From Bryobacterales bacterium (GTDB lineage Bacteria; Acidobacteriota; Terriglobia; Bryobacterales; Bryobacteraceae): a DNA stretch of 64,000 bases. The stretch lies in contig JAFAQY010000106.1 of NCBI GenBank assembly GCA_019261985.1, positions 22,214 to 86,213 on the forward strand, written 5' to 3'. The position numbers were made by a program, and so were the translations under genes. The notes under the pieces were generated by a model. The model did not search any database and was not told where the DNA came from. It worked only from the letters and a program-made list of their open reading frames with translations. Positions 1 through 9,636 of this stretch are shown piece by piece (within the stretch, counting starts at the first letter, position 1; each line of letters starts with the position of its first letter).

Positions 1-921
1 CTTTGCTTGGGGTTTCGCCGCGCCGGGGAACGGCTGGGGCGTAACGTCCGCCGGCGTTAGACCCATGGCCCACTTGATTCCTTCGAGGACCATCTTTTGG
101 AATCGCGGATCGTCCCACGTGGCTTCGTCGTGCCCCCAGCCGATGTTGTACATCCGGCCCTTCCCATACTGGCGCGCCCAAACCACCGGAAAATCTCCAT
201 CGGCGCGGCGCGCGCGGTCTGCCGGGCTGAGCTTATCCGGATCGAGCCGCATAATCACGTGAACGTTATTGCGCGAATACGGCTCTTTGAGAACGGGGTG
301 TTGCTCGGTGAACTGAAATGGCGCGGGACCGAAAGCACTCGCGCCCGGGAATTTCGGGTCCTCTACGATGACTGTAGCGTTGGCATTGAACTCGCTGGAC
401 ATGGTGCCGCCAATAAGTTCGGCCCACTCCGGCCATTGATAGTAACCAACGGTTGCTGCGTGGCCGACAATGATGCCCTTTCCGTCATCGCGAACGAATG
501 AGAGTAAGTCCTCCTTTTGTTTGTCGGTGAAGGCGCCGATGCCGGCGGGCAGCAGGAATACCGCGTCATAGAAATCCAGCGTGCGGGCGTTCACGCTGCG
601 GCCCTGATAGCGCGGGCCCTGGCCGGGGATCTGATCTTTGGTGATCAATTGCGGGTCGGTGCGGATCATCGTCATGTACGCGCCCGATTCGCGTCCAAGC
701 CGCTCGACGGTTGCCAGCGCGTGGGAAATCGAATCGTGGTGAAAGCCTGTCGAAACATCGGCCACGGCCAGCAGCTTCTTTTTGCCAGCCCAGAAATTTG
801 CATCCGCGCCGCCACGTCCTTTGCCTTTCTGATCTTGCGGCGGCTGTGCCCGGAGGCCCCCGGCCACGATGGCAATCGCCAAGGTGGCGGCGGCGATGCT
901 GTATTTCAGTTGCTTACTCAT
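1..921 (-). CDS. ThuA-like secreted protein (trehalose-utilisation / class I glutamine amidotransferase-like fold); the 3' end runs off the window start
   Basis: Absent from the ORF track because there is no stop codon in the window. Reverse-strand translation from the ATG at 921..919 gives MSKQLKYSIAAATLAIAIVAGGLRAQPP (signal peptide), then ...GKGIIVGHAATVGYYQWPEW...DFPVVWARQYGKGRMYNIGWGHDE, which is typical ThuA-domain sequence. The frame stays open to base 1. Confidence 0.7.
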   Translation of the reverse strand, partial: MSKQLKYSIAAATLAIAIVAGGLRAQPPQDQKGKGRGGADANFWAGKKKLLAVADVSTGFHHDSISHALATVERLGRESGAYMTMIRTDPQLITKDQIPGQGPRYQGRSVNARTLDFYDAVFLLPAGIGAFTDKQKEDLLSFVRDDGKGIIVGHAATVGYYQWPEWAELIGGTMSSEFNANATVIVEDPKFPGASAFGPAPFQFTEQHPVLKEPYSRNNVHVIMRLDPDKLSPADRARRADGDFPVVWARQYGKGRMYNIGWGHDEATWDDPRFQKMVLEGIKWAMGLTPADVTPQPFPGAAKPQAK

Positions 922-935
922 TTGAGATTTTTTCC

Positions 936-2006
936 TCAATCCGGAACTCCGTTCACGGTGCGGATAACGCCGCGGTAAAAAGCGAGATCGCGGCGCATCG
1001 CCGCCAATAAATCCGCTTGTGGTATTTCCAGCTTCCACGATCCGAAATTCGTACCGAGGAGATTCACCGGGGGCTTACCCGGAGGATAGACTTCGTACTC
1101 GAAATACAATTCAATGGGCTGCCTGAAGTTGATCTCCTTCAGGTACGCGAAGAATCCTTGGAAATCCACGATACCCTCCCCAGGCCGGCAATATTTCGGC
1201 GACCAGCGTCCCGTGAACGGCGCGGACGGGAAATGCACCCACTGAAAATCCTTCAACGTTACGCTGCCGATCAAGCGGCGAGCAAGATGTGCCGACTCGA
1301 ACCACCCAGGGCCGCCTCGAACCGTCGCGTGTCCGATGTCATAGTTCATCCCAACGAAGCGGGGATCGAAATCGCGAATCATCGTCCACAGGTCCCACAC
1401 GGCGCCGCCGACCAGACCCGGATAGGAATGGGTGTGATAAAGAGCCGTTACCCCGTACTTTTCGTTGAGCCGCGCAAGCCGTCCGATACGCGCCGAGTAT
1501 TCCTCGAGCTGAGTGCGAAAATCGCGCTGGTAATCGTACCGAAAATTTGCGGCACGGTATGACGTCATCCCGACGCCTTTCATCGTCGCGATGATCGCCT
1601 CCGCGCGCGGGGAGTTATCGTCCAGAATTGCGGTCGTCAAGAAAGGAGCGCTCAGGCCTGCTTTTCGAGTGAGCTCTACCACGGTGGGCAGCTTCTTTTC
1701 GACATCCTCGGGAACAATATGCGCGCCGCCACGTACAGCCCATCCAATGCCATCGAAACCGGCTTCTTTGGCGAACGCAATCGCCGGTTCTACATCGGTC
1801 CACTGAAGGTGTCTGGCAAACAGGATCAGAGGAGGATTCCAGTCCAGCCTGTCCGGCGCCGGTACTTGTACCTGTACTTGCTGTTGCGCATCCGCAGCGG
1901 TTGCGGAGGCAAGAGTCCCTAGAGCGACACCCTGGAGCATTGCTCGCCTGGTGGCTTTATCCGCCTGAGCGGAATTGGAAACGCCGGGCGCGGGGTCGTT
2001 GCTCAC
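936..2006 (-). CDS. Tat-exported xylose isomerase-like TIM-barrel protein (sugar phosphate isomerase/epimerase family), paralog 1
   Basis: 356-aa ORF. Twin-arginine signal KATRRAMLQGVALGTLASATAADA. AP_endonuc_2-type motifs ALYHTHSYPG and NYDIGHATVRGG. Lies 15 nt downstream of the TonB receptor and 14 nt upstream of the ThuA-like gene. Confidence 0.8.
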   Translation of the reverse strand: MSNDPAPGVSNSAQADKATRRAMLQGVALGTLASATAADAQQQVQVQVPAPDRLDWNPPLILFARHLQWTDVEPAIAFAKEAGFDGIGWAVRGGAHIVPEDVEKKLPTVVELTRKAGLSAPFLTTAILDDNSPRAEAIIATMKGVGMTSYRAANFRYDYQRDFRTQLEEYSARIGRLARLNEKYGVTALYHTHSYPGLVGGAVWDLWTMIRDFDPRFVGMNYDIGHATVRGGPGWFESAHLARRLIGSVTLKDFQWVHFPSAPFTGRWSPKYCRPGEGIVDFQGFFAYLKEINFRQPIELYFEYEVYPPGKPPVNLLGTNFGSWKLEIPQADLLAAMRRDLAFYRGVIRTVNGVPD

Positions 2007-2021
2007 GTTGGTCCTTTCAGA

Positions 2022-5000
2022 TCAAAACACGATTTTCGCGGCGACCTGCATAATTCGGGGATCCTGAGCGGTCGAGATGATCCCGAAAGTTGTACCGCTG
2101 CTTAGCGACGTCCCCGGATTGTTGAACCGGGCGTGGTTAAACACGTTAAACGCCTCCCATCTGAAATTCAATTTGACGTTTTCGCGAATGACAAAAGATC
2201 GGGATAAGGCGGCATCCAGATTCCAAGCGCCTGGACCCACAAGAAGATTTCGCCCAGCGTTGCCGTAAGTGCCCGGGGCCTGCTTCGCGAACGCCGCAGT
2301 GTTGAACCACTGAGCAATTGTCGGGTTGGGTAGCGCTCCATTGCCGATTACGTTGGGACGATCGAGGCCTATACCGGTCAATGAGATATCTGTCCCGTCC
2401 GTGATGTTCAGGGGCGTGCCGGTGTAGGCGGTAAATATCGGCGATAGTTGCCAACCGCCAGCAATCCGCTGAACCCAGGCTGAGCTGAATTTCGGCGACT
2501 GCGTCACCGCTGAAAGGTTGAATACCTGCCGCCGGTCGAACGAGCAGCTTGCCCATTCCGCTCTCCGGTTGTTTGGATTTTGGTAGTAGTTTGTAATGTC
2601 CTGATTCGCCTCTCCCTGATCGAAACAATGCGACAGAGTGTAATTCGCCAGCACCGAGAAGCTATGGCTGAAGCGATGATTGAGGCTGAGCAGAAGTCCG
2701 TTGTAGCTGGCATTGCCGTTGTCGTCAATCATGATCGTGCTGCCGAAGTATTTTCCTGTACTCGGATTCGCGAGGATGAACACTCGCCGGCTCTCCTGAT
2801 TGCCCAGGGTCGCGCCGGGGCCGTACACGGCAGGATTCAGCTCATGACCGAGCCACTGGTGCGTCGTCTTGTTGCCTAGATACGTGGCGGATACGAGCCA
2901 GTCCGCGCCGAGCTGCTTCTGAAACGATACATTCCACTGCTGGACATAAGTGGCGTGCGCGTGCAGAGGTTCGAATACATAGGTCCCATCCAGCGGGAAC
3001 TGGAAGTTCGGGCCGGGCGTGCCCGAAGGGAATGGATTGCCGCCGGGATAATTCTGCCACGGGCTGCTCAGATTTACATTCGGTAGCGTGATGGTTTCTC
3101 CCCATGGCGGATTCAACGGTACGTGCAGTGTGTTCCATAGATACGCAGAATCCCAGAACATCCCGTAGCCGCCACGCAATGTTTCGGTCCCCTTACCGCG
3201 CGGATCGAGCACAAATCCAAAGCGCGGCGCGATGTCGCCATAGCGCGGGAACGTGTCGGACCGGCCCGGAAATCCAGCATCGCCCGGAAACGTCAGCCCG
3301 GGAGGCGCGAGCTTCAAAACCGTGCTGGTCTGCCCGGCGTAAAATTTCGCGGGGTCAAACTGCGATGCATAGCCGTATAGCTGATGCTGCGGAATAAACG
3401 GATCCCAACGGATGCCGAGATTTAGCTGAAGCCGCTTATTGACCTTCCAATTGTCCTGCGCGTAGAGCGAAGGAGCATTGGCGGCGTCGCGCGCAATCTG
3501 ACCGTTGCCCTGAAGGAACGTATCGACATTGCCGGTGAGGAAATCCGCCAGTGCATTCCCGGTTAACTGGCCGTTGAAAGTGAACCGCGGATTTTGCTGG
3601 AAGGGTCCATCGCCGTTCATCTGGGTATGCACCCAGCTCACTCCAAACGTCAATTGATGCGCGCCATGCGTCATGCCCAATTCGTCCCCCAAGGAAGAGA
3701 TATTCGTATACACCCATCCGGGGATTGAACTGAGAGTAAAATAGCCCGGCACTTGAATTTGACCGCTATAGTTCGGGATCGGCGAGTAGATATTCGAGCC
3801 AAGCTGAGCGATCGTGGGCACTCCGTTAGCTCCTACCCTCACAACGGCGGAGCGGGAGAAACTGGCGCGGAAGGAGTTCACAATAGTGGAGCTGATCAAG
3901 TGAGTGTCTCCCGCGGTGAGCGACTGGACCTGGTCCTGAAGGCCCGGGTTTCCCGCCGTCAGGAGGTTCGCAGTGTTGTAAAACGCATCGAGAGTGTAGT
4001 TGGTGACGAAATAGCGGAAGAAGATGGAGTCTTTCTCCGTGCGCTGCCAGTCCAGACGCCCAGTCCCTTGATACTCGTTGTCGATCTGCGGAATGCCATA
4101 AAGGATGCGCCCGCATGAATCCGCCGATACCGGCAGAAGGGAAAGAAATTTGAGGGCGATGGGATTCAGCATACTCTGTGGGATGACATTGTTCACCGCT
4201 CCGGAAGCGGCGTTCAATGTAACGGGGGTCCTTTGGCAGGGAGGGGACAAGATCGTTTGGAAATTCCCCTGCAGAACAGCAGCGGTTGGGACAAATGCTT
4301 GATTTGTTGCAGGAGCCGTCCTCTCCGTCGTGCCCTGGAATCCGGCGAAGAAGAACAGTTTGTCCTTTTTGATCGGACCGCCAATCACTCCACCGAATTG
4401 ATTGCGTTTCAGGGAATCGCGCGCGGGCGCAAAAAAGTTCCGCGCGTTAAACACGTAATTGCGCAGGAACTCGAAGGCGTCGCCGTGAACCGCGTTAGTT
4501 CCGGATTTTGTGATTACATTCACAGCGCCGCCCGGATGGCTTCCGTAATTGGCCGGCAGTGTGCTCGTCTCCACCTTGAATTCCTGCAAGGCATCGGGGA
4601 ATGGCAGAGGCATGCCGACATTGGTGCGCGGGTCGATATGCGTACTCCCATCGAGGAAATAGTTCGTTTGATTGCCCTGGCCGCCTGCCACCGAGAATGC
4701 GGCTACCGTAGGGTAATTGAGATTCGTTGCCACACCGCCACCGGTATTCACGACGGCAGCTCCCGAGAGCGCGATCAATTGTGCCGCGTTCCGTCCGTTC
4801 AACGGCAGATCTACGACACGCTGCTGATCGATCACCTGGCCGACGCTGGTGTTCTGGGTCTCCACCATGCCGGCATTTGCCCGCACTTCGATCTGTTCGG
4901 TAACCCCGCCGACTTTGAGCGTGACGTTGATCTGCGGATTGGTATTCACCTGGAGCACGATCCCGTTCTGCGTATAAGGAGTGAATCCGTCCTTCGCTAC

Positions 5001-5231
5001 CTGCAACTGGTATGGGCCGGCAACCAGGTTGGTCACGGCATACGAACCATCCGCCGCGGAGTCCAGCGTTCGGGATGCCGAGGTATCGGTATTCGTGATC
5101 GTGACTCGAGCCCCCGCTATGGCTGCGCCGCTCGCGTCCTGAATGATTCCGGAAATCTGTGAAACCGCCGCCACCTGTGCTACCACCGGAACGGCCACGC
5201 AAAGCAAAAGGCCTAGACGCATTTGTCGCAT
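2022..5231 (-). CDS. TonB-dependent receptor with N-terminal carboxypeptidase-regulatory-like domain (1 of 3)
   Basis: 1069-aa ORF with a signal peptide. ISGIIQDASGAAIAGARVTITNTDT...YAVTNLVAGPYQLQV is a CarboxypepD_reg fold, followed by plug-like LPLNGRNAAQL. The long beta-barrel ends in AAKIVF (terminal Phe). Roughly 50% identical over long stretches to the 10991-14269 paralog. Confidence 0.85.
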   Translation of the reverse strand: MRQMRLGLLLCVAVPVVAQVAAVSQISGIIQDASGAAIAGARVTITNTDTSASRTLDSAADGSYAVTNLVAGPYQLQVAKDGFTPYTQNGIVLQVNTNPQINVTLKVGGVTEQIEVRANAGMVETQNTSVGQVIDQQRVVDLPLNGRNAAQLIALSGAAVVNTGGGVATNLNYPTVAAFSVAGGQGNQTNYFLDGSTHIDPRTNVGMPLPFPDALQEFKVETSTLPANYGSHPGGAVNVITKSGTNAVHGDAFEFLRNYVFNARNFFAPARDSLKRNQFGGVIGGPIKKDKLFFFAGFQGTTERTAPATNQAFVPTAAVLQGNFQTILSPPCQRTPVTLNAASGAVNNVIPQSMLNPIALKFLSLLPVSADSCGRILYGIPQIDNEYQGTGRLDWQRTEKDSIFFRYFVTNYTLDAFYNTANLLTAGNPGLQDQVQSLTAGDTHLISSTIVNSFRASFSRSAVVRVGANGVPTIAQLGSNIYSPIPNYSGQIQVPGYFTLSSIPGWVYTNISSLGDELGMTHGAHQLTFGVSWVHTQMNGDGPFQQNPRFTFNGQLTGNALADFLTGNVDTFLQGNGQIARDAANAPSLYAQDNWKVNKRLQLNLGIRWDPFIPQHQLYGYASQFDPAKFYAGQTSTVLKLAPPGLTFPGDAGFPGRSDTFPRYGDIAPRFGFVLDPRGKGTETLRGGYGMFWDSAYLWNTLHVPLNPPWGETITLPNVNLSSPWQNYPGGNPFPSGTPGPNFQFPLDGTYVFEPLHAHATYVQQWNVSFQKQLGADWLVSATYLGNKTTHQWLGHELNPAVYGPGATLGNQESRRVFILANPSTGKYFGSTIMIDDNGNASYNGLLLSLNHRFSHSFSVLANYTLSHCFDQGEANQDITNYYQNPNNRRAEWASCSFDRRQVFNLSAVTQSPKFSSAWVQRIAGGWQLSPIFTAYTGTPLNITDGTDISLTGIGLDRPNVIGNGALPNPTIAQWFNTAAFAKQAPGTYGNAGRNLLVGPGAWNLDAALSRSFVIRENVKLNFRWEAFNVFNHARFNNPGTSLSSGTTFGIISTAQDPRIMQVAAKIVF

Positions 5232-5258
5232 GATTCAAACCCCCGCAGTGTTCGAGCG

Positions 5259-5321
5259 AGTGTAACCCTGTTTGCCCATAAGAACAACAAAGTAACGGTG
5301 CAACACCGTTAAACACGCTCG
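5259..5321 (-). promoter_or_regulatory. Sigma70-like promoter (-35 TTGTTC, 17-nt spacer, -10 TACACT) preceded by a conserved 30-nt palindromic element
   Basis: The gene-sense sequence is CGAGCGTGTTTAACGGTGTTGCACCGTTAC. Its core TAACGGTG-N3-CACCGTTA is a perfect 8-bp inverted repeat, and it ends 60 nt before the receptor ATG. The same element with the same spacing occurs at 14322-14351. Confidence 0.45.
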
Positions 5322-5390
5322 CAGACGATTGGAACTGCTTGCTCCGGCGCCAGCGCTGGTGATACGGTGTGCTAGAACTGGGCGACGATT

Positions 5391-7283
5391 ATGAAAACTC
5401 GAGAGGCTGGCTTAATTTTGATCCTGGCGGCTGGGGCCACGGAAGCTCTGGCTCAGACAACCTGGGCAGGATTCGGAGGCGACCCCGGTCATACACGATA
5501 CTCGACACTGAATCAGATCACTCCGGCGAACGTTGCGAAGCTCCGCCAGGCTTGGGCGTACGACCTGGGCAGCATGGGCCGTAAATGGGAAGCCACTCCG
5601 CTGGTCGTGGACGACGTGATGTACCTGACGCTGCCGCAAGGCGCCGACGGTGTGGTTGCGCTGGATCCGGTCACCGGAAAGCAGCTTTGGAAGTACGAAG
5701 CCAAGGACAGCCGCGGACGCTCGAACCGCGCCGTCTCGTACTGGCCCGGTGACGCAAAGACTCCGCCGCGTCTGCTGTTCGCCTCAGGCGACAAGCTGAT
5801 CGCCTTGTCCGCCAAGACTGGACAGCCTGTGAAGGAGTTTGGCGACAATGGTGTGGTCAACCTCCGGATTGGCGTTGCCGACAATTATCCGACCGGAGCC
5901 TACTCGTTCTCATCGCCGCCTGCGATCTACAAAGACTTGGCCATCCTCGGGCCTTCGACCCAGGAGACGGGACGCTATGGTCCTAGCGGAGATCCGCGAG
6001 CGTTTGATATTCGCACCGGCAAAATGATCTGGCGCTTTCACCTTGTTCCACGGCCGGGAGAGCCGAACGAAGGCACGTGGGGACCTGAGGGCTGGCAGGA
6101 GCGTTCCGGTCCAAGCATGTGGGGACTCATCAGCGTTGACACGGAACGCGGAATCGTCTTTCTTCCCGTGGGAAATCCGTCCAGCAGCTTTTATGGCGCG
6201 GACCGGCCGGGCACGAATCTGTATGCGAACTGCGTTCTGGCGCTCGACGCCGCCACGGGCAAGCTCTTATGGTATTTCCAAACCACGCATCATGATCTGG
6301 TCGATGCGGATCTGGCGGCCGCTCCGATTCTTTTCGACATTACCCGCAACGGCCGCAAAATTCCCGCTGTCGCGCAGGTGACGAAGCTGAACATGGTATT
6401 CATCCTCGATCGCCTCACCGGAAAGCCCATCTATCCGGTAGAGGAGCGGCCTGCGCCGAAGAGTACCGTGCCGGGTGAAGTAAGTTGGCCGACCCAGCCC
6501 TATACGGTCAAGCCCGCGCCTCTGGGACGTCTCTCCATTACGCGAGACGAACTGACTACGGTGACGCCCGAATCGCGGCAATTCTGTTTGGAGTGGTGGG
6601 ACAGGGAGCACATGCGTAACGAAGGCGTCTTTTCCAGCTACGGCTCCGAAGGTACGACCGTTATGTTTCCCGGGACCATCGGCGGCGGCAACTGGGGAGG
6701 CATGGCGTTCAATCCCCAGCTGGGCTATTTGTTCGTGAATATCAGTAATCTGGGAACAATCGGCAAACTCGCGCCCGTGCCGCCCAATTCGCGTAGGAGT
6801 GCACCGTCCGGCTTGCCGCCATTACCGGAAGTCGATTATTTAAACGGCCCTGCATATACTCGCTTCCAGGACGAAAATGGACTACCCTGTCAGCAACCGC
6901 CTTGGGGGGAACTGGCGGCGATTAACGTGAACACCGGCGACGTGGCCTGGAAGGTCCCTCTTGGAATTGTCGACTCGTTGGAAGCCAAGGGCATCACCAA
7001 TACCGGCACGCCCAATGTCGGCGGGGCAATCGCGACCTCCACCGGGCTGGTATTTATCGGGGCTACTCGCGATAAGCGGTTTCGGGCCTTTGACGCGAAA
7101 ACCGGGAAGCTGTTGTGGGAAACGAAACTGGAAGCCTCGGCTGCTGCTTCGCCCGTCACCTACCGCGGCAAGGACGGCAAGCAATACGTGGTTATTGCGG
7201 CGGGCGGACCGTCCGATGCCGGCCGCGGCACCGAGTTCGAAGGAAACTTCCCTCAGAAACTGATCGCGTTTTCCCTGCCGTAG
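5391..7283 (+). CDS. Soluble periplasmic PQQ-dependent dehydrogenase (8-bladed quinoprotein, glucose/quinate-dehydrogenase-like), paralog 1
   Basis: 630-aa ORF with a Sec signal peptide. N-terminal quinoprotein signature TWAGFGGDPGHTRYSTLNQITPANVAKLRQAW. Also YFQTTHHDLVDADL and repeated propeller W-motifs. Paralogous to 16649-18526. Confidence 0.85.
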   Translation: MKTREAGLILILAAGATEALAQTTWAGFGGDPGHTRYSTLNQITPANVAKLRQAWAYDLGSMGRKWEATPLVVDDVMYLTLPQGADGVVALDPVTGKQLWKYEAKDSRGRSNRAVSYWPGDAKTPPRLLFASGDKLIALSAKTGQPVKEFGDNGVVNLRIGVADNYPTGAYSFSSPPAIYKDLAILGPSTQETGRYGPSGDPRAFDIRTGKMIWRFHLVPRPGEPNEGTWGPEGWQERSGPSMWGLISVDTERGIVFLPVGNPSSSFYGADRPGTNLYANCVLALDAATGKLLWYFQTTHHDLVDADLAAAPILFDITRNGRKIPAVAQVTKLNMVFILDRLTGKPIYPVEERPAPKSTVPGEVSWPTQPYTVKPAPLGRLSITRDELTTVTPESRQFCLEWWDREHMRNEGVFSSYGSEGTTVMFPGTIGGGNWGGMAFNPQLGYLFVNISNLGTIGKLAPVPPNSRRSAPSGLPPLPEVDYLNGPAYTRFQDENGLPCQQPPWGELAAINVNTGDVAWKVPLGIVDSLEAKGITNTGTPNVGGAIATSTGLVFIGATRDKRFRAFDAKTGKLLWETKLEASAAASPVTYRGKDGKQYVVIAAGGPSDAGRGTEFEGNFPQKLIAFSLP

Positions 7284-7290
7284 CGGCAAA

Positions 7291-8241
7291 TCAGGCCAAG
7301 CCGGCTTGGCGCAATGCGGCCCGGAGAACTTGGAGATCTTTTTTCATCGCACCTAAGACCTGCTCGCGCGGCAGCGTGATCTTATCCTGCGCATTTTCTG
7401 CGCCGCCGTTGGGATATTCGGCTTGAATCTCCATCGGACCCGAGAAATTGATCTCGTTCAGGATCGCCACGAATTGTCCGAGCTGCACGTTCCCCTGGCC
7501 AAGCGGAGTGTAGTGCGGGCGCCAATCGCGGCCGTCCTGTCCCTTTTCGAGGTATGAATCCTTGACTGACACACCGGCAATATACGGTCCCGCGGCGCGG
7601 AGATTGTTGATCCAGGTTCCGCCGCCACCCGCGTTGGTCGCATGGCCGATATCGTAGTGGAAGCCGACGAGCTTGGGATCAAAATTCTTCAGCACATAAA
7701 GAAAGTCCCAGATCGCGGACCCTACTTGTGTGCCGGCGTAGTTATGGTACATGGCCGTCATTTTGTACTTCTCGTTTAACGCGGCCAGCTTTGCCACGCG
7801 TGGTTTCAAAGTATCCAGTTGCTCGATCACCGGCTTGCCGGCTTCGTAGCGGAACGTCCCCCACCAGTAGTATGTGATTCCGACTGATGCCGCCGCGCGG
7901 AGAATGTCTTCGGCATTGGGTGAATCGGCGTCGGTGATATTCGTGGTGATCGCGACAACTTGCAGGCCATGTTTGCGCACAGCGTCCACAAATGCCGGCA
8001 GTTCCTGCCCGACTTTGGCCGGGTTCACGTGACCTGGGTAGGCGCGAACAGTAATATCGAGGCCGTCGTATCCCATCTCCAACGCCGCTTCGGCGACTTC
8101 GTCAGGAGACCGAAGCCATTGCAGGTGCCTTGAATACGCGTCGATCTTTTGAGTCTTCTGGTTGTTGGGCGTCTGTTGCGCGCGGGTGGCCGTTGCCACC
8201 GCGACGCCAGCGCCGATTTTCAGCAACTCCCGGCGATTCAT
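7291..8241 (-). CDS. Tat-exported xylose isomerase-like TIM-barrel protein, paralog 2
   Basis: The ORF runs 7291-8259. The start is placed at the internal ATG (8241), giving MNRRELLKIGAGVAVATATRAQ (twin-arginine signal). Motifs AMYHNYAGTQ and HYDIGHATNAGGG. An alternative start lies at 8259. Confidence 0.8.
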   Translation of the reverse strand: MNRRELLKIGAGVAVATATRAQQTPNNQKTQKIDAYSRHLQWLRSPDEVAEAALEMGYDGLDITVRAYPGHVNPAKVGQELPAFVDAVRKHGLQVVAITTNITDADSPNAEDILRAAASVGITYYWWGTFRYEAGKPVIEQLDTLKPRVAKLAALNEKYKMTAMYHNYAGTQVGSAIWDFLYVLKNFDPKLVGFHYDIGHATNAGGGGTWINNLRAAGPYIAGVSVKDSYLEKGQDGRDWRPHYTPLGQGNVQLGQFVAILNEINFSGPMEIQAEYPNGGAENAQDKITLPREQVLGAMKKDLQVLRAALRQAGLA

Positions 8242-8331
8242 GCAGCTAGCATACGGCAAATTGGTGCTCTGAGGAGCGTTTTTACGGTTACATGATTGTT
8301 CGCCCCGATCGTGAATGCTACCATTTAGCGC

Positions 8332-9636
8332 TTGCGGCCCACTCGCGCCCGATATTGGGTGATTATCTTCGGGGTCACGATGGCGATTCTCGCTTTCGTC
8401 GACCGCGTCTGCATCTCGCAGGCTGCGCCCCTGATCGCACGGGATCTCAACTTCGATAAAGCCCAGATGGGCACGGTATTTGGAGCGTTCTTACTGAGCT
8501 ATGGCCTGTTCGAGATTCCCGGCGCATGGTATGGCGACTTGGTAGGCGCGCGTAAGGGGCTGATCCGGATCGTTTCCGGTTGGTCCTTGTTCACCGGGCT
8601 GACAGGCTGGGCCTGGAGTTTCCGGTCCATGGTCGCCATCCGGTTTTTGTTTGGAATTGGCGAGGCTGGCTGCTTTCCGATCATTACCAAAGCATTCCGG
8701 GTGTGGCTCCCGCTAAGGGAGCGGACTCGCGCGCAAGGAATCCTGTGGACCTCCGCCCGTTGGGGCGGCGCTTTCACGCCGCTCCTGGTTGTCTTGATTT
8801 TGCGCTACATGAGCTGGCGTTGGTCGTTCGTATTTTTTGCAAGCCTCGGGTTGGTGTGGGCTGCCCTGTTTTCGCGTTGGTATCGCGACGATCCCGCGAA
8901 GCATCCGCGTGTCAACGCAGCCGAGCGGGAATTGCTCGAGGACACTGACTCGAAAGCCATCGAGCCGCACGCCGTGCCTTGGAAGGCGCTGCTTCGATCA
9001 CGGTCAGTTCTCCTGTTGAGCCTCCAGTATTTCTTCGTTTCTTTCTCCTGGTACTTCTATCTCACCTGGCTGCCGACTTATTTGCAGGAACATCATCATT
9101 TGACATCGGAGCAGAGCGCGGCATACGCTGTTTTCCCGCTCCTGTTTTGCGGGATCGGATCGCTCTTCTGCGGATTCATCACGCAGCATGTCGTGAGGTG
9201 GACTGGCGATGTCCGGCGTACTCGGCGACTCATGGCCTCGATTGGTTTTCTGGGCGCGGGCTCTTTTCTTGCGCTGGCTACTCGAATGCCCGGCGTGAAC
9301 TCAACGATGTCGATGATGGCCGCGGCATGTTTTTTCAACGACCAGGTGGTGCCGCATTCATGGGCTTCGTGCATGGATATAGGAGGCAGGCGCGCGGCCT
9401 CTTCGGTCGCAGGCACGATGAACCTGATGGGCAATCTGGCGGGAACGGGTTCGTCCGTGTTGGGCGGCTATCTCTTGCAGCACTCGGGCAACGATTGGAA
9501 CTTGTTTATTTCGGTTCTCGCCGGTGTGTATTTTCTAGGGATTCTCTGCTGGCCGTTCATTGATCCCGAGACTCCGCTGGCCGAGCCTGCCGCGCGCGAT
9601 CAGGGTTTCATGCGATCGAGCGCAATCCGCGCATAG
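8332..9636 (+). CDS. MFS transporter (anion:cation symporter/acidic-sugar type)
   Basis: 434-aa ORF with about 12 predicted hydrophobic helices. N-terminal RARYWVIIFGVTMAILAFVDRVCIS and GDLVGARKG loop motifs are typical of ACS-family MFS transporters. The TTG start is the only start upstream of TM1. Confidence 0.75.
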   Translation: MRPTRARYWVIIFGVTMAILAFVDRVCISQAAPLIARDLNFDKAQMGTVFGAFLLSYGLFEIPGAWYGDLVGARKGLIRIVSGWSLFTGLTGWAWSFRSMVAIRFLFGIGEAGCFPIITKAFRVWLPLRERTRAQGILWTSARWGGAFTPLLVVLILRYMSWRWSFVFFASLGLVWAALFSRWYRDDPAKHPRVNAAERELLEDTDSKAIEPHAVPWKALLRSRSVLLLSLQYFFVSFSWYFYLTWLPTYLQEHHHLTSEQSAAYAVFPLLFCGIGSLFCGFITQHVVRWTGDVRRTRRLMASIGFLGAGSFLALATRMPGVNSTMSMMAAACFFNDQVVPHSWASCMDIGGRRAASSVAGTMNLMGNLAGTGSSVLGGYLLQHSGNDWNLFISVLAGVYFLGILCWPFIDPETPLAEPAARDQGFMRSSAIRA

